Source of the DNA: an uncultured Candidatus Saccharibacteria bacterium
GTDB taxonomy: Bacteria; Patescibacteriota; Minisyncoccia; Phycocordibacterales; UBA918
Direction of reading: 5' to 3'
NCBI GenBank assembly: GCA_964593375.1
Contig: CAZQIF010000003.1
Location: 11,210 to 75,209, forward strand
DNA: 64,000 bases
Below are positions 17,556 through 26,131 of this stretch, in pieces. The position numbers and the translations under genes are program-made. The notes under the pieces were generated by a model, which saw only the letters and a program-made list of their open reading frames with translations, was not told where the DNA came from and searched no databases. Each line of letters begins with the position of its first letter. Positions within the stretch are counted from its first letter, which is position 1.

Positions 17556-19853
17556 ATGTACCTTAAAGAGCTCACGATTAACGGTTTTAAGTCATTCGCC
17601 AAAAAAGGCGAGCTCGAATTTTCTACTCCCATTACCGCAATTGTAGGACCAAACGGCTCGGGTAAATCAAACGTTGCCGAGGCCTTTCGTTTTGTACTCG
17701 GCGAACAATCTATCAAGTCAATGCGTGGGAAGCGTGGCGAAGACCTCATCTTTAATGGTTCTGAAAGTGTCTCACGTTCAAATCGTGCATCGGTTTCTAT
17801 TACCCTTGAAAACAAAGAGCGGAATGGCAAGAAAGTCTTCCCCATTGATTTTGACCAAATCACTGTTGAGCGCGTAGTGCATCGCGACGGTACGAATGAA
17901 TATTTAATAAATGGTTCTGCAACGCGCCTTCGCGATGTGCAGGAACTCCTCGCGTCGGCAAATATTGGCCCTACAGGCCACCATATTATTTCGCAAGGTG
18001 AGGCAGACCGTATTCTTTCTGCAAGTCCACGTGAGCGAAGAGAAATGATTGAGGACGCACTCGGGCTCAAGGTATATCAATTCAAAAAAGCGGAGAGCGA
18101 ACGTAAGCTCGCAAAGACAAAAGAAAATATCGCGCAAGTTGAATCGCTTCGACGCGAAGTTGCGCCACATCTCAAGTTTCTTGAAAAACAGGTAAAGAAA
18201 CTCGAACGCTCAATTGAGCTCCAAAAAGAACTCACCACACTTTATGCAGAATATTTGCGTCGTGAAGATTCATACATAGCATTCCATACCGACAGACTCA
18301 CTGCGGAAAGGCAGGTTCCAGAATCAAGGCGGAAAGAACTTCTCGAACTTCTCGAATCAGCAAAACAAAAACTAGCAACGAAAGGAAAGGACGAAAAACG
18401 CTCTGAACTCGTCGCACTTGAGAAAAATATTTCACTTGTCCGCTCTAAGCGACAGGAGACAGTTCGTGCACTCGGGCAACTCGAAGGGCAGATTATTTTT
18501 CTCACGCGTCGCATCGAAGACATCAAGAAGCGCGAAGCAATGACGGTGGAGAACCCAATTCCCTTCGATGAATTTAAAAAGGCGACTGATTCAATTGAGA
18601 AGGCAGTGCAACAGGCTTCACAGCATGATGATGTTTCGGTACTCAAGCGAACACTCCGCGATATTTTAAATACACTCGGTGCGCTTCTTCATACTGCGAC
18701 CAAAATTGGGAGTCACAATGGTTCAAAGGAGGAAGAACATGAACTTAAAGAACTTGAGAAGCAAAAGGAACATCACGATACTGAACTCAAAGCGCTCGAA
18801 AAAGAAGAGCATGAGCAGGCAGAGCAGTACGACGCACTGAAGGCCTCAATCGAAGCCGAGCATTCAGAAAACCGTGAAGCTGAGCGCGAGGTGTTCAGTA
18901 TCATGAATGAACAGCGCGAGATAGAGCATAAGCTTGGTAATCTCGATAGAGAACTTGGTGGACTCGAACGCGACCGTGTGGAATTTAAAGATGAACTTCA
19001 GGAAGCCGTCTCACTCCTTGGGCGCTCCGCATCGATGTATTTTGATTACGAAATTATTGGCGAAAACGGAAAGCCACTCAGAGGGGAAGACATTGTCGGT
19101 GAAGAACGAAGCAAACAGCACGAGCGCAGACGAAGTCTTGAGAAGATGAAGATTCGTCTTGAGGAACTCGGTACTGGCTCCAATGATGACGTGCTCAAGG
19201 AATACAAAGACGTGAAAGAGCGTGATGAATTTTTGGTGCACGAAATTGAAGACCTCACCGCATCGGTCGGAAAGCTTGAGGTGCTTATTGCCGACCTCAC
19301 CAAAGAACTTAATGAGCAGTTCGTGAGTGGTATCGATAAGATTGGGGTTGAGTTTAGTAAATTCTTCACACTCATGTTTGGAGGTGGTACGGCGTCACTT
19401 TTGCGTGTAAAGCCAAAGATTCCAAAGAAGGATATTGATGCAGAACTTTTGCCCGAGGAACTCGAATCACTTGAAGTGCCCGAGGAGGAAGAAGTAGAAG
19501 AGGGGATTGAGATTGATGTGAAACTCCCGAATAAGCGCGTGCGTGGACTCGATATGCTTTCAGGCGGTGAGCGAGCGCTTACCTCAATTGCACTTATCTT
19601 TGCAATGAGTCAGGTCAACCCACCACTCTTTGTTATTCTCGATGAGACCGATGCTGCGCTCGATGAGGCGAACTCACGCCGCTACGGCGATATGATTACC
19701 GCACTTTCAGAACGCTCACAACTTATTTTAATTACGCATAACCGCGAGACCATGGGTCGCGCCGGCGTGCTTTACGGCGTCACCATGGCAGGGGACGGAG
19801 TTAGTAAGTTACTCTCCGTTAAGTTTGATGAAGCAGTTGCAGTTGCGAAGTAA
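17556..19853 (+). CDS. smc: SMC-family chromosome segregation ATPase, short form with no recognisable hinge
   Basis: Walker A GPNGSGKSN; coiled coil; C-terminal LSGGERALTSIAL signature and Walker B ILDETDAALD; rnc-smc synteny. Confidence 0.75.
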   Translation: MYLKELTINGFKSFAKKGELEFSTPITAIVGPNGSGKSNVAEAFRFVLGEQSIKSMRGKRGEDLIFNGSESVSRSNRASVSITLENKERNGKKVFPIDFDQITVERVVHRDGTNEYLINGSATRLRDVQELLASANIGPTGHHIISQGEADRILSASPRERREMIEDALGLKVYQFKKAESERKLAKTKENIAQVESLRREVAPHLKFLEKQVKKLERSIELQKELTTLYAEYLRREDSYIAFHTDRLTAERQVPESRRKELLELLESAKQKLATKGKDEKRSELVALEKNISLVRSKRQETVRALGQLEGQIIFLTRRIEDIKKREAMTVENPIPFDEFKKATDSIEKAVQQASQHDDVSVLKRTLRDILNTLGALLHTATKIGSHNGSKEEEHELKELEKQKEHHDTELKALEKEEHEQAEQYDALKASIEAEHSENREAEREVFSIMNEQREIEHKLGNLDRELGGLERDRVEFKDELQEAVSLLGRSASMYFDYEIIGENGKPLRGEDIVGEERSKQHERRRSLEKMKIRLEELGTGSNDDVLKEYKDVKERDEFLVHEIEDLTASVGKLEVLIADLTKELNEQFVSGIDKIGVEFSKFFTLMFGGGTASLLRVKPKIPKKDIDAELLPEELESLEVPEEEEVEEGIEIDVKLPNKRVRGLDMLSGGERALTSIALIFAMSQVNPPLFVILDETDAALDEANSRRYGDMITALSERSQLILITHNRETMGRAGVLYGVTMAGDGVSKLLSVKFDEAVAVAK

Positions 19854-19854
19854 C

Positions 19855-19890
19855 AAATCCCCGCGCCATAGGCGCGGGGATTTCAAATGC
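19855..19890 (+). terminator. hairpin after smc
   Basis: ATCCCCGCGCC atag GCGCGGGGAT. Confidence 0.45.
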
Positions 19891-19977
19891 TAAAAGCTAA
19901 AAGCAAATCACTAAGAGCTAACTCTTAACTCAGATTTGTGCAAGATACGCGACGTGAGAAGCGAATACGTGGAGCTT

Positions 19978-20075
19978 CGCAAGACCTTGAACAGTTTTTG
20001 TGAAAGGTGTACAGCGTCTGTAAGAGGCGAGACACTAAATGCGAGGCGTACAAATCGTACGATGAGATTTTAGTG
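19978..20075. repeat. intergenic repeat modules G1 (19978 to 20026) and H3 (20043 to 20065)
   Basis: G1 is about 90 percent identical to 25836 to 25883. The 23-mer at 20043 to 20065 is the exact reverse complement of 23162 to 23184. Confidence 0.55.
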
Positions 20076-20110
20076 ACGAAGCGCAACAAAGTAGATTGGA
20101 TAAATCTGAT

Positions 20111-22057
20111 TTAAGAGAGTATCTCAAAGTCGAGTTGTCGTTCCTCCATACTAGCTCGTTTGAGCTTGATACGCACCGCTTGCCCGAGTGAATATATTTT
20201 TCCGGTCTTCTGACCTTTGATGCGATACTTCTTTGCTTCGTGAATGAAGAAGTCGCCTTTGATACTTGAGAGACGCACCATGCCTTCAGACTTTGAATTC
20301 TTTTCTTCAACATAGAGACCCCAGTCAGTGACACCGGTGATGAGTCCATCAAATTCTTCACCAACGCGGTCGCACATAAACTCAACTTGCTTGTATTTAA
20401 TGGAATCGCGCTCGGCAGTGACTGCGGTCATTTCGCGCTCTGAGCACTGCACCGAAAGTTTTTCATACTTGGCAAGTTCTTTTCCTGAAATCACTTGACC
20501 GTCTAGGTATCGGCGGAGCATACGATGTGCCATTAAGTCGGGGTAGCGACGAATTGGCGAGGTAAAGTGTGTATAGAATTTAAACGCAAGACCAAAGTGA
20601 CCGATGTTTTTTGTCGTATAGAGCGCTTTCGCCATTGAGCGAATGGTTGCGGTTTTAATGAGATTTTCTTCGGGTGTTCCTTCAATATCTTTGAGGAGCT
20701 TGTTGATGTCGCGTGCATCAACGGTGCCCTTGTGTGTTTTGAATTCGTGACCGAGTGCGTGGAGGAAGATAGCGAGGTCCTCAATTTTTTCTGGATTCGG
20801 AACATCATGCACACGGTAGATGAACGCTGCGTCGCGATTGTTCTTCTTTGCATGTTCGTACACGTATTCCGCGACGCGGCGGTTTGCGAGGAGCATAAAG
20901 TCTTCAATCATGAGCATAGTCTCGGTGCGCACTTTGGTGTATGCACGGATTGGTTTTCCATCCTTATCGATTTCAAATTTTACTTCCGGTTGGTCAAAGG
21001 CAATTGCACCATCTCGGTATCTCTGTTCGCGAAGCTTTCGGCCAATGTTCATGAGAGTGTTGAGTTCCTCGTACATTGGTCCTTGTTTCGTATCGAGTAC
21101 TTCCTGTGCTTCTTCATAGCTGAATCGCTTGTTTGAGTGAATGATGGTTTGTCCAAACCACGAGTTCAATGTTTTTCCGTTTGTATCCATCTCAAAGACT
21201 GCCGAGAATCCGAGGCGGTCTTCATTAGGGCGAAGAGAACAGAGATCGTTACTGAGTACCTCAGGGAGCATCGGAATCACACGGTCAACGAGATAAATCG
21301 ATGTCCCACGTTCGACAGCTTCTTTGTCGATGGGGTCATTCTCACGAACGTAGTGTGAGACGTCGGCAATATGAATACCAATTTCGAAATTTCCATTTTC
21401 GAGCGTGCGAAGGGAAATGGCATCATCAAAATCTTTTGCATCGACAGGGTCGATGGTGCAGGTGGGAACATCGCGCATATCGCGACGTGTTGGGTTTTGA
21501 CCTTGCGTTGCAATGACAGCGTCTTTAAAAATTTGCTCCTTACGTGCGTACAGTTCTTGTCCCGCCTCAGCAATCTTCTCGGGAAAGTTTTCTGAAAATC
21601 CGCCGCCCCGAATAATCGCCTGCATTTCTGTTTCGTGGTCGCCGGCAGGCCCGAGTACCTCAACAATCTCACCAAGTGGTTCTGAAAGCGGGCTCTTCCA
21701 TTCGGTTATACGCGCCACGACCTTCATTCCTTCGTTAGTCTTTGTTGCGTCAGAAAGAAGTATGCGGATGTGGATTCGACGGTTGTCGGGAATGAGGCGA
21801 TAGATTCCCGCCTTCATTTCAACGTTACCAACAAACTCAGCGTTTTTTGGTTCGACAACGCGGAGCACCTTTCCTTCAATGCGCTTTCCGGGGACTTTCT
21901 TAAAAATCTCAATTTCAACGATATCGCCATCAATGGCAAAGGAGAGCGCCTCAGGTGGAATGAGAATATCTTCTTCATACCCCGGTACAGACACAAAACC
22001 CGTGCCTTTGGCGCGAATCATGATGACTCCTTGAAAAGTTGATTGTTTCTGGTTCAT
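20111..22057 (-). CDS. rnr: ribonuclease R (RNB family exoribonuclease)
   Basis: RNB domain including HFGLAFKFYTHFTSPIRRYPDLMAHR; cold-shock and S1 domains. Confidence 0.88.
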   Translation of the reverse strand: MNQKQSTFQGVIMIRAKGTGFVSVPGYEEDILIPPEALSFAIDGDIVEIEIFKKVPGKRIEGKVLRVVEPKNAEFVGNVEMKAGIYRLIPDNRRIHIRILLSDATKTNEGMKVVARITEWKSPLSEPLGEIVEVLGPAGDHETEMQAIIRGGGFSENFPEKIAEAGQELYARKEQIFKDAVIATQGQNPTRRDMRDVPTCTIDPVDAKDFDDAISLRTLENGNFEIGIHIADVSHYVRENDPIDKEAVERGTSIYLVDRVIPMLPEVLSNDLCSLRPNEDRLGFSAVFEMDTNGKTLNSWFGQTIIHSNKRFSYEEAQEVLDTKQGPMYEELNTLMNIGRKLREQRYRDGAIAFDQPEVKFEIDKDGKPIRAYTKVRTETMLMIEDFMLLANRRVAEYVYEHAKKNNRDAAFIYRVHDVPNPEKIEDLAIFLHALGHEFKTHKGTVDARDINKLLKDIEGTPEENLIKTATIRSMAKALYTTKNIGHFGLAFKFYTHFTSPIRRYPDLMAHRMLRRYLDGQVISGKELAKYEKLSVQCSEREMTAVTAERDSIKYKQVEFMCDRVGEEFDGLITGVTDWGLYVEEKNSKSEGMVRLSSIKGDFFIHEAKKYRIKGQKTGKIYSLGQAVRIKLKRASMEERQLDFEILS

Positions 22058-22170
22058 GTGGTCTCGATAGTATCACAATATATGGGTACAAACCATGCTT
22101 TTTATGCAATCCCCAATATATTAGAGAAAGCTTGACCGAATTGGTGACTTCTGGTACTCTTCACGGCACT

Positions 22171-22617
22171 ATGTTAATGATGCGTTTACAACGAATTGGC
22201 CGAAAAAACGACCCCTCATACCGAGTGGTTGTTGTTGATTCCCGCCAAGGTCCGAAGAGTGGAAAGCACCTTGATCTCCTTGGTACTTTTAGTCCAAAGC
22301 TCAATCGTGTAGTTATTGATGGAGAGCGAGCAAAGAAGTGGATTAAGAACGGAACTCAGGTTTCAGGAACAGTTCACAATCTTCTCATTTCACAAAAGAT
22401 TATTGAGGGTAAGAAAATTAACGTTCTTCCTAAGAAATCTCCCGTTATCGACGAAGCGAAGATAAAGGCGGAAGCAGAGGCGAAGGCTAAAGCAGAAGCG
22501 GCAGAAAAGGCAGCAAAGGAGGCAGAAGCAGCGAAAGCAGCTGAGGCGGTAGTAGAGCCAGAAGTTGAGGCTCCGGTTGCAGAAGTTGCTCCAACCGAGG
22601 AAGCAAAGGCAGAATAA
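22171..22617 (+). CDS. rpsP: 30S ribosomal protein S16 with a Lys/Ala/Glu-rich C-terminal tail
   Basis: RIGRKNDPSYRVVVVDSR...LLGTF; start moved past the end of rnr. Confidence 0.85.
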   Translation: MLMMRLQRIGRKNDPSYRVVVVDSRQGPKSGKHLDLLGTFSPKLNRVVIDGERAKKWIKNGTQVSGTVHNLLISQKIIEGKKINVLPKKSPVIDEAKIKAEAEAKAKAEAAEKAAKEAEAAKAAEAVVEPEVEAPVAEVAPTEEAKAE

Positions 22618-22630
22618 TTTGAATTTCAAA

Positions 22631-22670
22631 ACAACACGCGCTTGGGGCAGAGCCCCAAGCGCGTGTTGAC
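22631..22670. other. long perfect stem-loop 15 nt after rpsP
   Basis: AACACGCGCTTGGGGC aga GCCCCAAGCGCGTGTT; A-tract on the 5' side and no U-tract on the 3' side on the plus strand. Confidence 0.35.
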
Positions 22671-22758
22671 GTATTGGTTCAAACTGTTACCATTCTATGA
22701 GCACGTTTCGGAAAGGATGAAACGGCAGTTATCAGATTAGTTCTCTAATATAATTCGT

Positions 22759-23115
22759 ATGGAATTAGACCAGCAGTTTCTCGAGCAGCTTGTAACAGCG
22801 CTTGTAGACCATCCAGAATCAGTGAAGATTAACCGAACGGTAGACGAGATGGGCGTACTCCTTACACTCGATGTACATGCTGCAGATATGGGCAAAATCA
22901 TCGGTCGTTCAGGAAACACCGCAAAGGCGATTCGTACACTGCTCCGCGTTGTTGGAATGAAGAACGAAGCTCGTGTAAATCTTAAGATTAACGAACCAGA
23001 AGGAGGAACTCGTTCAGCAGCATCAGCAGATGCAAGCTCAGATGTGACGAGTGTTGATGAGACTCCGGATGCTCCAAAATCACTGGACGAAGCTATCGAC
23101 GGTTTGCGCATATAA
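22759..23115 (+). CDS. KH-domain RNA-binding protein (YlqC-like)
   Basis: GKIIGRSGNTAKAIRTLL KH motif; conserved position after rpsP. Confidence 0.7.
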   Translation: MELDQQFLEQLVTALVDHPESVKINRTVDEMGVLLTLDVHAADMGKIIGRSGNTAKAIRTLLRVVGMKNEARVNLKINEPEGGTRSAASADASSDVTSVDETPDAPKSLDEAIDGLRI

Positions 23116-23130
23116 ATTGTACTGTCGGCG

Positions 23131-23215
23131 AATTTCTTTGTCAGGACGGCAAAAATAATTTTCATCGTACGATTTGTACGCCTCAAACTATTTCCTTGTC
23201 CTTCCTCGAACTTCG
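23131..23215 (+). repeat. intergenic repeat family 3, copy H1 (15 nt after the KH-protein stop)
   Basis: Collinear and about 70 percent identical with 33044 to 33127; contains TCATCGTACGATTTGTACGCCTC. Confidence 0.55.
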
Positions 23216-23257
23216 CCCGACATTCCAATTTCTATGCAGCAAACAAGTTGAAAATAA

Positions 23258-23295
23258 AACAAACACAAAACCCCGCCGGCTGCGCCGCGGGGTTT
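23258..23295 (+). terminator. intrinsic terminator
   Basis: AAAACCCCGCcggctgcgccGCGGGGTTTTGTG. Confidence 0.5.
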
Positions 23296-23312
23296 TGTGA
23301 TATCATCTCCAC

Positions 23313-23753
23313 ATGGAAAAGGGAAAGGACTATATTGGCATTGCAATATGTTTCTATTGTCATGATGGACAGGGGAACTTCGTTTTAAATAAACGCAATC
23401 AAAATTGTCGTGACGAACATGGACGTTGGGATTTTGGCGGTGGTGGGCTTAAATTTGGAGAAACTTTTCAGGAATGTTTGGCAAGAGAAGTCAAAGAAGA
23501 ATATGGAACTGAGATAGTAAAATGTGAGTTCATCGGATTTGACGAGGTTTTCAGGAATCAAGATGGGGTTGAGACACATTGGGTAGATATCCGATACAAA
23601 GTGCAGCTCGATAGAAATAAAGTTATTAATGCTGAGCCACATAAACACGATGAAATTGGATGGTTTACCTTAGACAATCTTCCGTCCCCACTTCATTCTC
23701 AGTTGCCACACGAGCTCATAAGGTACCGTTCAATTCTGGAAACAATTGGTTGA
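23313..23753 (+). CDS. Nudix hydrolase
   Basis: Perfect Nudix box GGLKFGETFQECLAREVKEEYG. Confidence 0.75.
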   Translation: MEKGKDYIGIAICFYCHDGQGNFVLNKRNQNCRDEHGRWDFGGGGLKFGETFQECLAREVKEEYGTEIVKCEFIGFDEVFRNQDGVETHWVDIRYKVQLDRNKVINAEPHKHDEIGWFTLDNLPSPLHSQLPHELIRYRSILETIG

Positions 23754-23903
23754 AGGAAATATAAATTCGTGCAACACTAAAGTTTCAATATAAAGCACCA
23801 GATACGCGAAGTGACTGAACGAGAACGTGAGGCGTATATACATACGATGAATGTTTGAGTGAGGGAAACGACAAAGTAGATGGTGCTTTAGATTGGGACT
23901 TTT

Positions 23904-24596
23904 ATGAAATTCCACATAATTACACTCTTCCCTGAAATCTGTCAGACATACACGGATGCCTCGGTTCTTGGTCGTGCCCAGAAGACAGAGAAGGGAAAGG
24001 GAGCAAAGCAAAAGGGAAAGCAGATTGAGGTGAAATACTACAATCCCCGAACCTTCACGACTGATAAGCATCACAAGACCGATGACCGACCATATGGTGG
24101 TGGGCCTGGCATGGTGATGTACGCACTTCCGATTGTGAAAGCGGTTGAAAAAGCTCTTGGCAAAAAAGACCGAAAGAAAGTTAAGGTACTTATTATGTCG
24201 CCACGTGGAAAGAAATTTGATCAGGTGATGGCGAAAAAATTTGCAAAGAATTATACCAACCTCGTGCTCATCTCCGGTCGATACGAAGGTATCGATAGTC
24301 GAGCGAAAAAGATTTTGCGCGCTGAAGAAGTTTCAACAGGGGAGTACGTGCTTACGGGGGGCGAACTTCCTGCGCTCACGATTGTCGACGCGGTCTCACG
24401 AAATATTCCCGGCGTCCTTGGTACCTTTGAATCCCTTGAAGACGAGCGAGTCTCAACGGGGGAAATGTACACACGCCCAGAATCATTTGAATATAAGAAG
24501 AAGAACTACAAAGTACCGAAGGTCCTTATGGGGGGAAACCATAAGGAGATTGAGGAATGGAAGAAAAGTAAGGAAACTCAATCTGCTCTCAAGTAA
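23904..24596 (+). CDS. trmD: tRNA (guanine37-N1)-methyltransferase
   Basis: SPOUT/TrmD motifs (RYEGIDSRA, GEYVLTGGELPALTIVDAVSR) with a Lys-rich insertion. Confidence 0.88.
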   Translation: MKFHIITLFPEICQTYTDASVLGRAQKTEKGKGAKQKGKQIEVKYYNPRTFTTDKHHKTDDRPYGGGPGMVMYALPIVKAVEKALGKKDRKKVKVLIMSPRGKKFDQVMAKKFAKNYTNLVLISGRYEGIDSRAKKILRAEEVSTGEYVLTGGELPALTIVDAVSRNIPGVLGTFESLEDERVSTGEMYTRPESFEYKKKNYKVPKVLMGGNHKEIEEWKKSKETQSALK

Positions 24597-24613
24597 TTGG
24601 TATCATTCTGCAT

Positions 24614-25561
24614 ATGGAAGAATTTCGAATCAACAACGAGAGCAAAAATGAAACACAAGAAGCATTGCTCAGAGAAAAGTTTGATGAACAATTTTCTCAT
24701 TTCGAAACAATTCCATGGGGGGAGTCGAGTATAGAAGTGATTGACCTTACCCCAGATGAAATTACCGAAGCGGTCCCCGTGTTATTTGTGCCTGGTTTTG
24801 GAAAAACACCACGTTCTTATAAAGAGGCGCTGTTTGAGATATACAAATCGGGTCGACGAGTACTTTCTTTGACTGCACCCACAGATAAGGTTGAACTCAC
24901 TAGAGAAGAAAAGAAAAATATTCCGACTGCACAAGCAGAACGTGCATATGCAATACTTCATGTGCTTCAAGAGAAGCGTGTTGGAGAAGTTGACGTCGTG
25001 AGTCACTCCGAAGGTGGAATGAATGCAACCATTGCGGCATCATTGGCACCTGAACTGTTTCGACATTTTGTTTTTGTTGCTATACCGGGAGTCACAGGTA
25101 CACAATCATTTCTCGAAATTGCTAAACGCGGAATCCAGAATCAAATGCAGATTAATCAAGAGATGAGTGAAGCGGACAGAGAAGCAAAAGAACGCTACGA
25201 ACGTTCGAATAACGATATTAAATCTTGGGTGAAGGAACGGGGTATGCTCAAAGGAGCTATTGAAGCAACAAATCCTGGGAGATATGAAATTAGTGATGAA
25301 GTCAGAAAACTCCACAATTCAGGACACGGCATCAGTATTATTTCGGGAGTCGAAGACAAGATGCTTCCTATGGAGGAATATCAAAGAGATGAGACAGGCA
25401 CGCCGAGAAGTGCAGACGACCTGGGTGTCGATGGATTTTATTCCATTAAGAAGGGTCATGGGGAACTGGAAGTGAATGAAAAAGTGGGAATGCTCGCTAT
25501 CCATGCGATTGAGGCTCTCGCACAGAAATACTCCCAAAAAGACAATACCTCTGCGGTGTAA
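24614..25561 (+). CDS. alpha/beta-hydrolase fold protein
   Basis: VSHSEGG nucleophile elbow (GxSxG type). Confidence 0.5.
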   Translation: MEEFRINNESKNETQEALLREKFDEQFSHFETIPWGESSIEVIDLTPDEITEAVPVLFVPGFGKTPRSYKEALFEIYKSGRRVLSLTAPTDKVELTREEKKNIPTAQAERAYAILHVLQEKRVGEVDVVSHSEGGMNATIAASLAPELFRHFVFVAIPGVTGTQSFLEIAKRGIQNQMQINQEMSEADREAKERYERSNNDIKSWVKERGMLKGAIEATNPGRYEISDEVRKLHNSGHGISIISGVEDKMLPMEEYQRDETGTPRSADDLGVDGFYSIKKGHGELEVNEKVGMLAIHAIEALAQKYSQKDNTSAV

Positions 25562-25604
25562 TGGTTTTAGGGTAAAATATCCATGAAATACCACAGGTAA
25601 GCCA

Positions 25605-25633
25605 TTGACTTCTTTTCCTAACTCTGTTAGACT
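25605..25633 (+). promoter_or_regulatory. sigma70-like promoter candidate (TTGACT, 17 nt, TAGACT)
   Basis: Read directly; lies at the start of the 570-bp non-coding region upstream of rpoB. Confidence 0.3.
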
Positions 25634-25835
25634 CCTCGCCATACGCTATTCGGTCTCGAATGAGTTTCGGTTGTGAGATTTTCATACGCGGAGAATAAAG
25701 AGACAGTCTTTGTCTCGAGCACACAAACGTGATGCACCAATTACAAGCCGAGTAAAAAGGGTGTACGAACTGTACGCGCACTGAGCGCGGATTTTGGCGT
25801 GAAGTTAAAGAGTGAGTTGCGAGGAATCGCAGCAA

Positions 25836-25883
25836 CGCAAGACCTTGAGCAGTTTCTGCGAAAGGTGTACAGCATCTGTAAGA
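25836..25883 (+). repeat. intergenic repeat module G2
   Basis: GCAAGACCTTGAGCAGTTTCTGCGAAAGGTGTACAGCATCTGTAAGA, about 90 percent identical to 19978 to 20026; preceded by GAAGTTAAAGAG, which is shared with 16921. Confidence 0.55.
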
Positions 25884-25891
25884 TGTAGCGA

Positions 25892-25943
25892 CTATAACTT
25901 CAGGTCTGTCACCTTTTCTTTTTCGTTAAAGAAAAGGTGACGC
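25892..25943 (+). repeat. intergenic repeat family 1, copy F
   Basis: CTATAACTTCAGGTCTGTC, then stem GTCACCTTTTCTTT...AAAGAAAAGGTGAC, then GCG. Confidence 0.55.
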
Positions 25944-26131
25944 GTGTTCCTTTTTTCTACTCACATTATTCACAAGGGTGAATGTACACGGCATACACCC
26001 ATGAGAGTTGAGGGGTATTAATAATCTGCATAGTGATTTTAGAGTTAGTTCGTCTTTTCAAAGCATTAGGAACAGCAATGAAAAGACGGCCAAGATTCTC
26101 TAATTCGCTACGCTCATAACAGAATCTAGGC

